A DNA stretch of 64,000 nucleotides from the human T2T-CHM13v2.0 reference genome, Homo sapiens. Of the stretch, positions 1 to 15,300 are shown in pieces (the first letter of the stretch is position 1; each line of letters opens with the position of its first letter). Below the pieces are notes generated by a model. It was not told the DNA's origin, made no database searches, and worked only from the letters and a program-made list of their open reading frames with translations. The DNA is taken from NCBI RefSeq assembly GCF_009914755.1, contig NC_060927.1; one strand, written 5' to 3'. A program made the position numbers and the translations under genes.

Positions 1-871
1 GACACAAAGGTGAAAATTGATTCATTTGTATTGAAATAGATAATATGAATTCCTGGCTACATTAGAGCTGCATGAAAGGTCATTTTTACTGTTATATCAT
101 ATTATTTTTCAACAACACATCTAACACCTATACTAAGAAAGTTTAGAAGCTGACAGAGAATAGGTTACATAATAATTATGTAAGCTAATACTCTTGAAAT
201 ATACCTTCTGTGACATCTGAAAATATAGTTAGAATGATGAAAATTATAGACCAAGCATTTTTTGTTTTACTCATATTTATTATATAGAGACAGATATCTG
301 ATAAAATTGAAATACCATATTATTCAGAAAAAATAAAAGATGTTCATTCTTATGAAACTGTTTTTGTGGAAGGTGGGTCAAAGGAATGATAGCATCAATT
401 ATACATCAAATCTAATGAATAAAAATATACTGTAGTAACTAGAATTTGTGTAATATAGAGCTCATATCTTGGAGAGAAAAAGAGGAAGAAGAAGGGGATA
501 GAGATAAAGACGAAAAATAGAACGAAGGAGAGAAGTCTCTAGGTGAGGAAAGCAAACAATGAAAGCAAATTTATTGTAAAAATTAATCCCAACTCATAAG
601 TTTGGAGCCTAGGAAGATTTGCAGTCCTAGATAAATGCTGGCTTTACTAAGGATTCAGGTGCTTGATTTTCAGATTGTTAATCCATTGTCTGGTCTAAAA
701 AAATTACTTTGTTGAATGTTGGTAATGTAGCAGGTGCAAACTTGGTTTCTAAGAGACAATCTCACTAGAGAGAAAAAAATTATTAAGACATATAATAACT
801 AGATCATAAATTATTAAAATGTATAATCACATGCAATTTAGGTAAGGGAAGGATCACCATAGTTTGGGATA

Positions 872-1350
872 TGTAATAGGCTTATGGATGGACCTTAAAG
901 ATACCCAGTTGTAATCTGTGGAAGCTGCAAATGTTACCTTGTATGGAAAAAGGGACTTCGCAGATATGACTAAATTATAAACTTTGGGATAGGTGTATGG
1001 ATAGATTAACTTGGATTGTCTGGGTTGGCTCTGAATGTAATCTTAGTATCCTTTTCAGAGGAGGGTAGAGGGAGATTTGACTACAGTATAAGAAGAATGT
1101 AATAATGGAAGCAAGGGGCAAAAGGCAATGTGGTGAGGGGTCATGAACCAAAAATGAGGACATCCTCCAGAAAATGCAAGGAAACTGATAGTGATTTCCT
1201 TCAAGAACCTCCAAAGAGAGTACAGCTCTGCCAAAGCCTAGATTTTGACCCAGTAAAATCCATTTTAGATTTTTGACCTCAAGAACTGTAAGAGAATAAG
1301 TGTGTGTTATTTTTACACTACCAAGTATGCGGTAATTTATTGCAGCAGTC
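872..1350 (+). mobile_element. MaLR solo LTR, MLT1D-like
   Basis: Starts tgtaatagg; typical MLT1 motifs 'atgttaccttgtatggaaaaagggacttcgcagat' and 'agaactgtaagagaataag...ggtaatttattgcagcag'. Confidence 0.75.
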
Positions 1351-1529
1351 GAGGGTGTATTCCTAAATTCATTTTTATGTATTTATTAATAATTATGTGC
1401 TAATAATGCTAACAGTATTTCATCACTGTAGGAATAAAGAAGTTATCTGCAAACATAAAGCTTATACAGTTTGGAAAGTATAGAATGCAATAAGATGAGT
1501 TCGGAGAATGTCAAGTATTGTGAAAAATA

Positions 1530-2530
1530 AGATCAGAATATTATAAAAGAGAATAACTTTAAAGAGAGTGAAATACAAGCTATATACTTGGAGAAAATCT
1601 TTTCAAATCACATATGTAACAAAGACTTTTCCAGAATATGTAAGGAATAATCTCAGAAAATAAGAAGCAACTCAATTAAAAATATATACAAAGACTTGAA
1701 AAGATACTGTACCAAATATGATGTAAAGATAGTAAATGAGCATGTAATAGATGCTCCACATCCTCTGAGTTAAGGGAAATGCAAATTACAACCACAATGA
1801 GATACCAGTAGTCACATTCTGGAATAGCTGAAGTTTAAAAAAATATAGAGAGACAGTACCAAATATTGGTGAGAATACAGAGCAATTGGAAGTCTCATGC
1901 ATTACTGTATTGGTGAGAATGTAAAATGATAGAGCTACTCTGAAATACTCTTTGGTAATTTATTACAAATTGAAATATGAAGTTACTCTATGACACAGCT
2001 ATGTAAATTTCAGTCGTACTCTGGAGAAAATGAAAACTTATTTCTATTCAAACACCTGCACATAAATGTGTATAGTGGTTTTATTCATTATTACAAAAAT
2101 TGGACATCATGAATGTACTGAAACAAGTAAATCATATGCATACAGTTGTACATACATGCAATGGAATACTATTCATGAATCAAATGGAATGCCCTATGGA
2201 TACAAATAAGAATTTATATAAATCTCAAAAAGACTATGCTGAGCAAAGAAAACAGTCTCAATATGTTACATACTATTTGATTCCATTGAATTGAAATTCT
2301 GATAGAGAATGATAGTGATGATGAATACACAGGGAATGCCTGAGCTTTGGGATGGATGGAGTGTGTGACTGCAAAGGAATAAAAACTACGAGGAACTTTT
2401 GTGGATTTTTGAATAGTTTCACATCTTATTTTACGTACGGGTATACAAATCCATACATTTATTAAAATTCATAGACTATACACCAAAAGACAAAAAATAG
2501 GTAAATTTTGCTATATGCCCATTTTAGTTT
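1530..2530 (+). mobile_element. Old L1M (L1MB/MC-like) ORF2 3' end and 3' UTR fragment
   Basis: 'ggagaaaatcttttcaaatcacat', 'agggaaatgcaaattacaaccacaatgagatacca', 'attggtgagaatacagagcaattggaa' are diverged L1 3'-end motifs. Confidence 0.75.
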
Positions 2531-3309
2531 ATTTAAAGATAATTTTTTGAATGCTTCTCCAGCTTTCTTTTTGTTCATTAAATATAAGAAAAGAATAACA
2601 GTGGTAATAATGAGGCTGACAAAATTAGATAAAGTGGGAAAAGAACGGATTTTGAAGAGATGGAAGCTAAGCAGAAAAAAGAATGGCAAGAGAATTCAAC
2701 TATGTGAGGATCTAGGTCAGATGTGTTTCAGTAAAGGTGACCACACGAACAGTTGAGGCAAGGATGAGTTTGGCTTTTCTAGAGGAGAAAATGTTGGTGG
2801 CATATAGTGAAGAGTGGAAGGAAGGTGACACTATAATGAATTCGGAGAGAGATTAGTGAAGACATTCTTCACTGAACAACTAGGTCTTGAGTAATCAGAA
2901 CAACATGGGAATTGAAAAAATAACAAATAAAAACAATAAAAGAAACTTTTAGTACTCTCCTTTCCTGGGAGCTCTCAACTCTGAACTGTTTAACTGCTCT
3001 GCCACGGTCGCTGATTTGGCAAAAAAATCTTTACTGCCTTCTTGACTTCTTTCCCTTCTTTTCTCCCTTCCTACCTTCATTCTTTTTTATGTTTTTATGT
3101 TATTGTTATATTTCAATTTACCTTTTTGCTTCTTTATGCTATGTCACCAGAACTAAAATACAAATACTTTCCAAGTAAGAGTGCATCTAAATTTTAAGAG
3201 CACCCTCAAGACCCACAGGCTAGTGTCTTCAGCTTAGTAGCCACTGGGTGGGTATTGATAGAGTTTTTGTTTGTTTCTAAACATTTTAATAAAATGTGTA
3301 CTCTATTAA

Positions 3310-3676
<367 letters not shown>

Positions 3677-4384
3677 TGTAATGTACTTTGAATTTATCTC
3701 AGTAATGTTTCCTGCACTTCAAAATGTGTAAAAAAATTACCAAGATAATTAAAAAGATAAGAAGAAATGGTCCTATGCAAAAATGTCCAGTGATCATGAT
3801 ATATATTTAGATTACAAAATAGAAGGTTAAGGGGATAATTGATACCTGTTTTCAAGTGTACTACACTTGATTATAAGAGTCATGTTGACCATATTTTCTA
3901 AAATTATGAAGGTCAGGATAAAGGTAAAATCAGCATAAGTTGGTGCTATAGTGCTAATTATATACATGAAAGAAAAATTTTGTTTAACCATGATGGTATT
4001 TAGTTACTCAAGCAAGTTATCATGGGGATTACAGAATTTGAATCCTGGAAAATGAATGAATACTTATGTACATTCTTAGATTATTTATATCTTAAAACAA
4101 AAGTCTAATACAAATTAATCCTTCTAAAATTATAATTTTTCTATCACAGAAAAAAGAAAACTTCCTTTAAACTAGAACTCCTTTGTACAATTAATAAAGT
4201 TGCTTAATTTAAAAAAATTCAATGTCAATTTGTAAAACACACTTTTTTTATGTTAGAATATTTTTATTAATTAAATTCAATAATATTTTTGAGAATACTT
4301 TCTAAGTAAATTAAAAATACTAAAGAAATAAAATGTTAACTTCATAATATCTGTATTTTTTCTTTTTGGAATTTTTCTTTTCTG

Positions 4385-4612
4385 TTCTTTTTACGTTTTA
4401 ATTTAAAAATCTGACAGATAAAATTATATGTATTTATCATATACAACATGAAGTTTTGAAGTATATATCTGTTATGGAATGACTAAATCTAACTAACATA
4501 TGCATTTCCTCACATAGTTATCAGATAGTTATAATAGTTATTTTGTGGTGAGAACAGTTTACATCTACTGTCTCCAGGATTTTTCAAGAATAGAATATAT
4601 TGTTATTAACTA
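4385..4612 (-). mobile_element. L1MA-like 3' UTR fragment
   Basis: 'aaaattatatgtatttatcatatacaacatgaagttttgaagtatata...gtggtgagaaca...tgttattaactat'. Confidence 0.7.
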
Positions 4613-7399
4613 TTTCTCTACTATGTAATATTCTTTCAAAATATAACTTGTTTTCCATAAGCAAAGGGAGCATATTTTATGTCTCTTAATTTATCTCAGA
4701 GTTTAGCATACAGCTAGGTACAGAGAGAATAATTATACTGAATTGCATGTAGTAAAGCCATGTGTGCTCCAGATGATAAAGAGTAATTTATCAAAAAACA
4801 TTCAATCATTATTCTAGGTGATGTTAGGTATAGAACAAGAATATAAAATAATCAACTATTAAAAAACAGATAAAAATTTACAGGATATAATTATTGACAT
4901 GATGACTTTTCATAAGGGTTTATGCTATTAGATACACAATTATGTATTAGGACTTCAAGGATGAAAAGATCATCAGCAGCTAAGTAGCTGTGAAAGTCTT
5001 CTTTTATGTATTCATAAAATAAGACTTAGGTTTTGCCTGTTTCGCTTTCTTCTGGGATGGGAGATACAGACATAGAACCCTGGCCTCTGCAAAGAAGGTG
5101 AAGTTGGGGAAGTGATGATATTGCAGAGAGAATGAAAAAATGTAAAGGCATAGAGTGTACATTATCATGGTTTACTATCAGGATGTCCTGGTAACTGCTG
5201 GAGGTAAACAGGAAATATGGTCGAACACCATGGCGCCATATTACAATGCAGTAGGGAATGGAATAGGAAATGTTACCTTAGACAAAGAAAAATTATATTG
5301 GATCAATTATTATTAAGTTATGAGACATAATGAATGAATCTAACATTTATATTCTTGAAATGCTGTTCACAGTGATCAGAATTTTATTTTAATCTGTGGT
5401 ATATTAACAGCATTGGTTTAAAATAGTTCACCTTTTTTTTTTAAGAAATGTGAAAGATGTGGCACAACATTTTATAATCACCTGGAATGATTCAGTATAT
5501 ATAAGGCAACAGTTTAAAATGAGTCAATTTCTGTTTTTCATCAACTAACTATATTTATTAACCAGTTTTACCAAGTACTGCCATACTTCAAATTCTTTTT
5601 TATGGATTTATTTTTCCCCTGACAGGAAATATTCCTAAATGAAACATTATCATACAGAAGGTATTGACGTTTCAGAGATTGTCGTCTCTTTCTAGATACC
5701 CACTTCAGTCTCTTTCTAAAAATTTTTCTATGCCACTTGTAGGTATATCCTTAAGGAAGTCTGATATTATCCTAATCCATCTCAAATAGCCACAAAATTT
5801 AGCCTTCTAGTTTAAGCCTAAAATGCATACAGGAATCTAAGGATAAGTGAGAAAATTTCTCTCTGCCTAAAAATCACAGCCTATGCGGCCAGAAATCCTG
5901 TTCCTTGACTTTGCTCATTAAAATTTAATATGTTCTCTTAAAATAAAAATATTTTTTGATTAGTAACACTCCTAGACATCATTCATTTCTATCTGAATTA
6001 CCAGTTAAGATCGCAGCAGGTATTAGCCACCAAGCCAATAACAGAATGTAATATAAGCACTAAATTTGTGAAAAGAATCTTAGAGAAGGGGATAATATTC
6101 TACAAAAAGGAAAACTGTGATTTATTGAAAAAGTAGCATATATTGCACATTTGATAAATTTGGTGAGGCGCACTATTTATTCCAGCCTTAATCCGTTGTT
6201 CTTGAAGACTTTGTAAGAGTTTTTTCTTCTTCATTCATTTATTCAGGCGATTCTTAATCTAACTGTCACCATTAGTATACAGTTCTACCTTAAAGTATTA
6301 TAGACCATCACAGATTTTCCATTTTTGAGGCAGGTCAAAGTGTGCTAGAGAACGCATTGAACATATTGGCTAGTAACCTGGATAGGCCCAAGACTGGGCT
6401 AAATCAGACTGCAGAGACATCTGAACAACAGAAGGCTAACAGCTACTGAAAGAGGCTGTAGGTAAATCTGAAATTTTCAAGGCCTGATAACCATAAAACA
6501 CTAATCTTCATATTCACAGCAGTATAAATGCAAAGGTTTAATGAAGCAAGATGAAAACCAGAGGAGATGAAGAACTGGTGTAAAATAAGGCAAACCAATG
6601 TCAGGCTATCATTGCAAGAAAAGTCTGAATATTCCAGAGGTTCCCGGGTATCTGTCCATAGCAGTAGATGTCGGCTAAATGAGGAGGGGAAGAGCACGTT
6701 GATTCATGGGTTAAGCCCATCAGAAAGAATATTACACTAAGACAAAGGAGGCAAAACATCTATTTTTCTTTTTTAAAACAAAATCTTTCTAATTAGCCCT
6801 ATGACCTTGATTAAGCTACTTGATATTCCCCACTTGTATGCTAGTTAACATTTCATACTGATGTGTCCAGGAGGCTGTTGGGCACTGGGGATACAAAAAT
6901 GAATAAGGCATAGGTATAATTACACGGCACATGCTTAAAGGAAGCTGACTAGACCACAAGATACTGTGAAATTCTATTATGCTAACTTTGTTAGAGATAC
7001 AATAAAAAATTGTTACTGCTTTCTATATTGTTGGTTTGTGTTGTTTGTGTTGAAAAGCCACCTCAGTAAATAGGGAATTTTTAAAATTGCTCATAGAGAA
7101 TCTAAAAAAAAAGCATATCCATACTTGTGTGTCCATTGGAATTTTTGTGCAGGTTTTTTAATTAATGTATTCAACTTCACAACTAGCCAATACACCCAGG
7201 TCATCAGGCCATTTCCTAATATGGTACATTAACCAGACAGAGAACCATATCCTAATTTTGATTTTGAGTTTTCTTTGATTTAACATTTTTTTCAAAGTGA
7301 TAATATGCCTTATGATAAGCAAAACATACTTTGTTTGACCTAGACATATTACAGATGTTTTTTCTTTGTTAGATTTATAAACAAAATCTTTATGGCCTC

Positions 7400-8290
7400 T
7401 CTCTCTTATATGCGATCATCATCAAAATTTTTCATTTTTACTTTCTAAATGTATTTCACATCCATCTAACTCTCCTCAGGCTAAGGGACTAGCATCTACG
7501 GCAATGGCATCCTTTCCCTTTTTCCTCACGTCTACTCTAAGCCCTCCTAATCCATTTCTCACACAGCCAGCAGGAGATCTCCTCACAATGCCAGTGAGAT
7601 CATCTCATGACACTATTTAAAATCTTTGAGCTGCTGCTTCCTTTTGCTATTTTTAAATATACATGCATACACATGTTCACGTTTGTGCATATATGTGTAT
7701 GTAGTAGCCTGTTTTCATACTGCTACAAAAAACTACTCGAGACCGGGCATTTTATGATGAAAACAGATTTAATTGACTCACAGTTTCACGTGGCTGCAAG
7801 GGCCTCAGGAAACTTACAATCATGATGGAAGGCAAAAGAGAAGCAAGTATGTCTTATCATCATGAGCAGGAGAGAGAGCAAGCGAAGAGGGAAGTGCCAC
7901 ACTTTTAAACCATGAGATCTTATGAGAACTCAATCACTAGCGCAAGAGCAGGAAAAGGGAAACCACACCCATGATTCAGTCGTCTCTCACCAAGTCCCTC
8001 CCCCAGCACAGGAGATTACAATTCAACAGAGATTTGGATGGGGACAGAGAACCAACCCATATCAGTGTATATACATACACACACATACTACCTGGCCTGT
8101 TATCTATCTCCTGCCTATCTTTCTCCTTCCATCAGTATGGTCTTCTATCAGTTCCTCCAAAGCACAGTTCTCCATTTTACTCTGGATTTTCTCAAAGGCT
8201 AACTTCTTCCTAGCATGCCTTCCTGCCCATTTATTACTAAACGACGCCTCCTCTTCCTGCAAGTTTTAAATATGATTTCCTCAATAACCT
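7400..8290 (+). mobile_element. Highly diverged L2 fragment interrupted by the THE1 LTR
   Basis: Pyrimidine-rich L2-like motifs ('ctcctaatccatttctcacacagccagcaggagatct') on both sides of the LTR. Confidence 0.45.
7700..8064 (-). mobile_element. MaLR solo LTR, THE1D/MSTA-like
   Basis: tgtagtag...ccatatca termini, 'ggcctcaggaaacttacaatcatg', perfect 5-bp TSD GTGTA (7695-7699, 8065-8069). Confidence 0.9.
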
Positions 8291-8819
8291 TCTCTATTGC
8301 CCAAAACTCAGAATTCCCACTCATTATATAGTATAATTGTTCATGACACATTTACTTTATAGTTTATCAAAATTGATCAGTATGATATTTTAATAAATGT
8401 ATGAGAAGACAATTTTTTTAAACTATAGCAAACAAAACACCAGAGCAAGACTTTAGTGTTTTGGGGGTCTGGGCTCCCTTGGACTAGGAGAGATTTAGTA
8501 TCATTTTAATGTGTGTCACGCATGCCTGACATTTAGAACACCTCCATGCTTACCTAATGTTTTCAGGTCTGTTCCTGCCGTAGAAATTTCAATGAACCTA
8601 CCCACTGGGGAAGAAAACAAAGCTTCCATACTTCCATCATAAAAATGAGGAGTGGCCAGCAGCCTAAAATATAATTTTTATTAAGTCTCTTCCATTGGAT
8701 CATATGCTCTGTGAGGTCAAAAATTATGCCTGTTATTCTGTTCCTAGAATCTGCAACTGTGCTTCACACATACTAAGAACTCAACAAATGGCATAAATAA
8801 ATAAATAGAATTCACTATT

Positions 8820-9135
8820 CCAATGTTGCCTCTGTCTAAACTTTTGATACTATTTCCATTCCTAGACTCACCTCAGCTAATCCTTAATGTATTAGGTATG
8901 TATTTGTCATTCTTATAATGGATATATTTGCTTCAGTGAATAACATATGCATGGGAAGATCAGAAGTCAGAAAGTTTATGTACCCAATGCTGCCTCTGCC
9001 TAAACTTTTCATTCCACTTCCATTCCTAGACTCACCTCAGCTAATCATTAAAATATTTAGATATGTATATGCCATTCTTATAATATGAACAACATGTGCA
9101 TGGGCAGATTAGAAGTCAGAAAGTTTATGTATCCA
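8820..9135. repeat. Two-copy direct tandem duplication, period ~164 bp
   Basis: 'ccaatg(t/c)tgcctctg..taaactttt...ttccattcctagactcacctcagctaatc...agaagtcagaaagtttatgta' starts at 8820 and again at 8984. Confidence 0.95.
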
Positions 9136-11610
9136 GCAGTGTCTTAAAGTCCACAGTTCTAATATATTTTGAAACCACTAATGGTTTTTAACTCAATAAC
9201 TTCTAATTAGTTTTTCGAAGGCAAAAGACAAATTGAGGCATAATTGAATTTATCTAATTTAAGCATTCACATCTTAAGAGAGGACGGGAGGGGTAGAGAG
9301 AGGGAATTAGAAATCAACACATTAAGAGAAAGAAGCATGACACCAACTTTTTTTTTTATTTAAAACATTTTATGGCATGAATCTGTTTTCACACAATATG
9401 TTCCATAATTCTCTTTCCAAACTAAATCACGTTAGCTTTTAATCATACATAAAATGTCAGTTCTTAGACAAAGCACAGCAATAGATTTTTACAAAATTTA
9501 CCCTGATAAATTAAAGCCTGACATTAACTCTGCCAAATCCTCTAGTACAATCGCTTTAATGAATTTCAACATAATTAAAAGAAAGACATTGCAATTCAAA
9601 AAAAAGAAAAAAGAAAAAAAAACTGAGGCTTTCAGTTTGATTTTTTTTCCTCTATGTTACTTAGTTTAATAAAGAAAGAAGTGTAAAGGAGGGATGTTTT
9701 AAAATGTATTGCTTTGCAAACAAACATATTAATAATAAAATACAAGTAAGAGATGAAGGTAAAATAGATTTTGAAATAAGTTGTAAATGTCATTTTCTCC
9801 CTTACCATGTCTTTTATTTTAAACAATAATCTTATTAAAAATTGTAAATGCTGTATATGCAACAATGTTAAAGGTGTACAATTTCTGAAGAGAGGCAGAA
9901 AAATATTGTTCTGATGAAGTTTAGAAAATAGTACAATAAGACATTTGGTTTACATTTAGTGATAGTTTACTAATGATTCTTTTTTAATGACTATTTAAGT
10001 GCATTTGGAGAATTTTAAAAATAATCAAGAAACCAATAAGAATCATGATGTTCAGAGAAAAGAACCATTATTATGAGAACTGCTGCTGTTATTTAGCAAA
10101 TAGAATAGTTTGTAAATTGGTTATTTTATTTTTCAACAATCTTCATTTGTGTCATGTGCAAATACCAACATCACCTTTTTTTGTTGAGTGTTTATCACCA
10201 GTGTATCAGGGGACACTAGTGTTCTTTCTGTCCAAATTGCCCTTTGCTTTCTTGTCTTTTTAAAATTATAGTTCTTCCAGATAGTCCCTGTGTTACTCTT
10301 TCTGAGATACCTTTCTGAACATTCTCACCTGAACCCTGCCCCAAACCACACAGTCACTTAAGCATAATAAGCTGCTTTCCCCCGAGTACCAATAACACAG
10401 TGCTATTGCACCCTTCTATTGCATTTGCATGAGGTCTTTTCTTCTATAGCCCCACATACTATCAGCACTGGGAAGTCTGTTTTATATCTGTGTATCTGCA
10501 TCTAACCTAGCACCTATTCCAAAGGAGCCTCTTCAGAAATGTCAGGCATTTAAACCTATCGTGTAAAATCCAGGTTAGAAAACAGTTTATACATTTATAT
10601 TCAAGAAAATCTACATTTGTGTCCCACAGACCATTTTCTTTAGAGTATTTTATTATGCAAGTCTCATTTTGATATATGCTATAGATCATGTCACTCTGAC
10701 TGACACCAAGGTGATATTTTAAAACACTCACAAGGATGATTTAAACCAAGGGCAACAAAGACACATACCAAAATGGACTAGAAAGTAGTATAATTGAAAT
10801 AAAATAAAATAACTGAATGAAACAAGGCTGGTGCGCAATACACAATGTGGGGAGGAGTATAGCTAAACATTTATTTTTGCCATTATAAAGGAGGCAGCTA
10901 CTACTCATGTGCAGGTAATTGTTGCACAGAAAGGGTGTAGTTTTAGATACCTTGAATTGTCATGGGAAATGAAATCTTATATTAACTAGTTTGTACTCAC
11001 TTGCGACATATTTATGGCAATTTTCCTTTATTTTTTCTTATGCTATTTATGGAATTGAGACCATTGGTAGCTCATATCTAAAAAGAATGAACCTCTCAGC
11101 TTTTCCTGCAAAGGTACAAATGATACGAATATCTTTAGTTTTCAATGCATACTTCTGATGAATATTTCTGCATATGTGAGGATGCCAAAATATCTTATCC
11201 TGGGGTTCCCAGGTTTACCACTAGTCATCTAACTAACGCTAATACATTTTGTCTTAATTCTTCATATTTGAAAGCAATCAATTCATCAAAGTATTGTGTT
11301 GCCTTTGTGTTTTAATCAGTAAAGCACACTTTAAAATGTGGTCTGCAAGGGGACTTAAAGAATCTGAGTTTTCTTATGTTGACGTAAGAGTCAACATACT
11401 TGATTATGCAAGAGTTTGATTTAACACATTCACCATTTTGATGCACAAATTACCTTTTCTGCATCATATGTGTTCTATAAATTAAAAGAAAAATATATTT
11501 GATAAGCTTCTAGATGAGTTTAGTTTCCTCTGAAATTGCAAAAGTGTTTTTGTTTAATATTTGAAAACTTATTCCACTTAATAACTTGCATTGAAGAAGC
11601 AGAAAATCTC

Positions 11611-11921
11611 AGCCGATCACAGTGGCTCACTCCTATAATCCCAGCACTTTGGGAGGCTGAGGCAGGCGGATCTCCTGAGGTCAGGAGTTCGAGACCAGCC
11701 TGGCCAACATGGCAAAGCCCCGTCTCTACTGAAAATACCAAAATTAGCTGGGCGTGGTGGCATGTGCCTATAATCCCAGCTACTCGGGAGGCTGAGGCAG
11801 GAGAATTGCTTGAACCCGGGAGGCGGAAGTTGCAGTGAGACTCTTGAGATCATGCCATTGCACTCTCCAGGCTGGACGACAAGAGTGATACTTTGTCTGA
11901 AAAAAAAAAAAAAAAAAAAAA
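11611..11921 (+). mobile_element. Alu (AluSx/Sq-like)
   Basis: Full dimer with A-tail; TSD agaag(c/t)agaaaatct. Confidence 0.95.
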
Positions 11922-14091
11922 GAGAGAAGTAGAAAATCTATACTTATTGCCTTGCCTTATTGAAGATAATAAGAATTAAAGTAGTATATATTTAAAGTAT
12001 CTTATTTATAATTAGCCCTTATTTCCTGGTTCTTTCATAATCTCTAGAGTGCGTATGTTCTCTAACTTCCCCTATGTTATCTTATTGATATTTTATAGCC
12101 TAGTTCTTTGATAATTAACAGTATTTGGTTTTATAAGATCCTGGTCCTTGAAGTCTTATTATAACAAGCAATTTTTATTAATTATAACCAAAGCCAAATT
12201 AAATTTTATTTTTAAAATTTTTACTTATAAGAATAAAAAGTCATCTCACTGTCCTTCAAACATGTCTTGGAGATGCTGATATTCTGTTTCTTATTCCTAA
12301 TCTCATCTTCTCTTCCTAATTTATGTATTATGAAATATAAAAACTGCTGACATTTTTAAAAACTCTTCCAGGTCATAGTAATTCATTTTCCTGAACTCTT
12401 CTTATGCATTATATTGTATTCCACTGCTTCAGATTTTTGGGTCATTTTTCCCCAAGGTGGCTGTAAATAAGTACTGCAAGAACAAAAGATTTGAGCTACT
12501 GTCTCTTATATGTGCTATAATTAACATAGTGTCTTGAATATTGTAGTTGGTCAATAATTTTATAGAGAGGCACCACCAGAATCTAAGTTGGCATTGTAAC
12601 TTGGAACACAAAATTTGTCTAAGACAGAAATGGAAAAGAGATTAAAGTTCTCTCATCATCTAATAAAGAAGTAAATACATTCATAAAAAGAAAGAAAATA
12701 AACTTTTCCTGACTCTATCGGTAAACAGATAATCATTACATAAATGTATTTGAACAGCCTAATGAACATGCCTTCAATATCAGTGTCATACTGTATTAAA
12801 TTTTCATCTAGTTGTTACTTATTTCTATTCACAATAACAACAATAAGCATAAATGCAGAATCAATTTTCTATGAGAAAATCTCTGTGGGATTAAAATCAT
12901 ATTATAGCATAAGTGTGAAGACTTCTTGTTCTAAAAAAGAACCATTGAGTTGTTTTCATATTACTGATAGAATAATATTGTAGATGAAGTAGAAGATAAT
13001 GTAGAAAGTTAGGTTGGATATAGATATATAAATAAGTAAAAGCATTTTAATTTAATTTTAAGGAAGATAATTGAAAGACTGTATTGAAGGAGATACATTA
13101 TTAGACTTGTATTTTGGGACAATAAGTTGGGCTGTTGATACAAGATACACCCTAAGTGCTATGTATTTATTCTATTGAGCTAACTATGCAGAGATGTTTC
13201 AGAAGACATCTGTAGAAGCAATACTTGATTTAAAAATTGAGAAAAATTACCGTCCATCACTCACAAAATGGTTACATTACATAGTATAAATCTGTATTAT
13301 TAAACACTACAGAAAGAAAGATTTATGTTTATAAGTAGAGAAAGATCTGTAAAATATATTAGTAAAAGAAAGAGTTTCAGCCTCAGACTTTTACCCTAGA
13401 ATAGTACTGGAGACAGAGTCATCCTCATGTTGACAGAAAGGAAAAAATGGACAACATTCAAATTCACAATTTATTTAACCCTTCAGAAACCTGAGTTTAC
13501 AGAGCAACCAACTGGCTCAAAGTCCAGAGAGATGGTGCTTAAAAATGGAGAGGTCAAATAAGAGTTGAGTTAGAAAATATGACACACTGATTAAGACTGA
13601 ATATGGGATAGCAGAACAGTATTAAAAAGCAGCTATTGGGAAGGGGCAAAAAAGTGTTTCTCAGAACATTTCTTTCTTGCCTTTACTACAATATGAAAGC
13701 CTTGATGTGTGGGGAAAGAATGGCAAGTACTACTACCCCTAGGGGACTGGTGGGAAATCATTGCAGAAAGGTGGAGGGAAGAATGAAAAAGACAACAACA
13801 AAAAGCAAAAAACAAATGCAAACAAATACACTTTAAAAAAGACTAGGGGAGGAAGATTATTATACATTGAATCCCTAGGCACTGAGACTAAGTAATATAG
13901 CCATTTTGGAAAATAGTTGGCTAGGATTTCTTGAGAAGATTTAAAATTACAAATTTAATTGCATTACTAGATATAGGATAATTCTGGTTATCCATGTTAT
14001 CTTGAGTGACTTGTGGTAATTTATAGATTTCTAAAAATAATTAATTAATTTCTGTTATTAATTGTATTAATTGTAGACTCAGTGTCTGTAG

Positions 14092-14442
<351 letters not shown>

Positions 14443-15138
14443 TCTCGTTTTCCTTCTATTCATTTGTCAGAGGGTCATCTATTTTATTGTTTTTTTTTTC
14501 AAAGTGTTTCTCTGTTTTCAGTTTATCTTATTTCTGCTTCCATTTTGATTACTCTCTTCATTTTGCAAACTTGGGTTTATTTTGCTTTTCTTTACTAGTT
14601 TTGTAAGGTGGAAGCTTATTGATGTCAGACTTTTCTTCTTTTCTAATATAAGCATTTAATAATACAAATTCTACTTTAAACATTAATCATAAATGTTGAT
14701 ATGTTATAGTTCTATCTTTGGCCAGTTCAAAGTATTTTCTAATTATTTTAGTGACCTATGAATTATTTAGAAGTAGGTTGTTTTATTTCAAAATGATTGC
14801 ATATATTTGTATTACCTTTCTGTTAATTCCTTTACGGTCAGAGAATATCTCGGGGTTTTTTTTTTTTTTTTTTCATTCTTTCAAATGTTTAAGTTTAGAA
14901 TATGGAGAAAGTGCATTTTTTTATTTGGTGAAGTGTTCAACACATGTTAATTGTAATTCTGGACTGATGATGCCATTAAATTATTCTATACTTTGCAGAT
15001 TTTCTGTTTACTATTCTATATATTATTGAGAAAAGTTGTAGCCTACATCTGTAATTATAGATCAGTAGATTCGTCCTTTCAATTCTGTGAGTTTTTCCAT
15101 CCTGTATTTTGAAGCTCTCTTATTAGCTACCTACATGT

Positions 15139-15300
15139 TTATTAATAATTAATATTAAATTAATAATTAAAATAGTTAAAATTTAATAAATAATAATTAA
15201 AATTTAATTATACATTAAAAATAAATTATTGATTAATTATTAATTAGTAATTAAATTATTGATAGTGAGTATAACTAATTACATTTAATTAATTAATAAA
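15139..15300. repeat. Near-pure AT low-complexity tract
   Basis: About 160 bp of attaataatt-type degenerate repeats. Confidence 0.9.
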
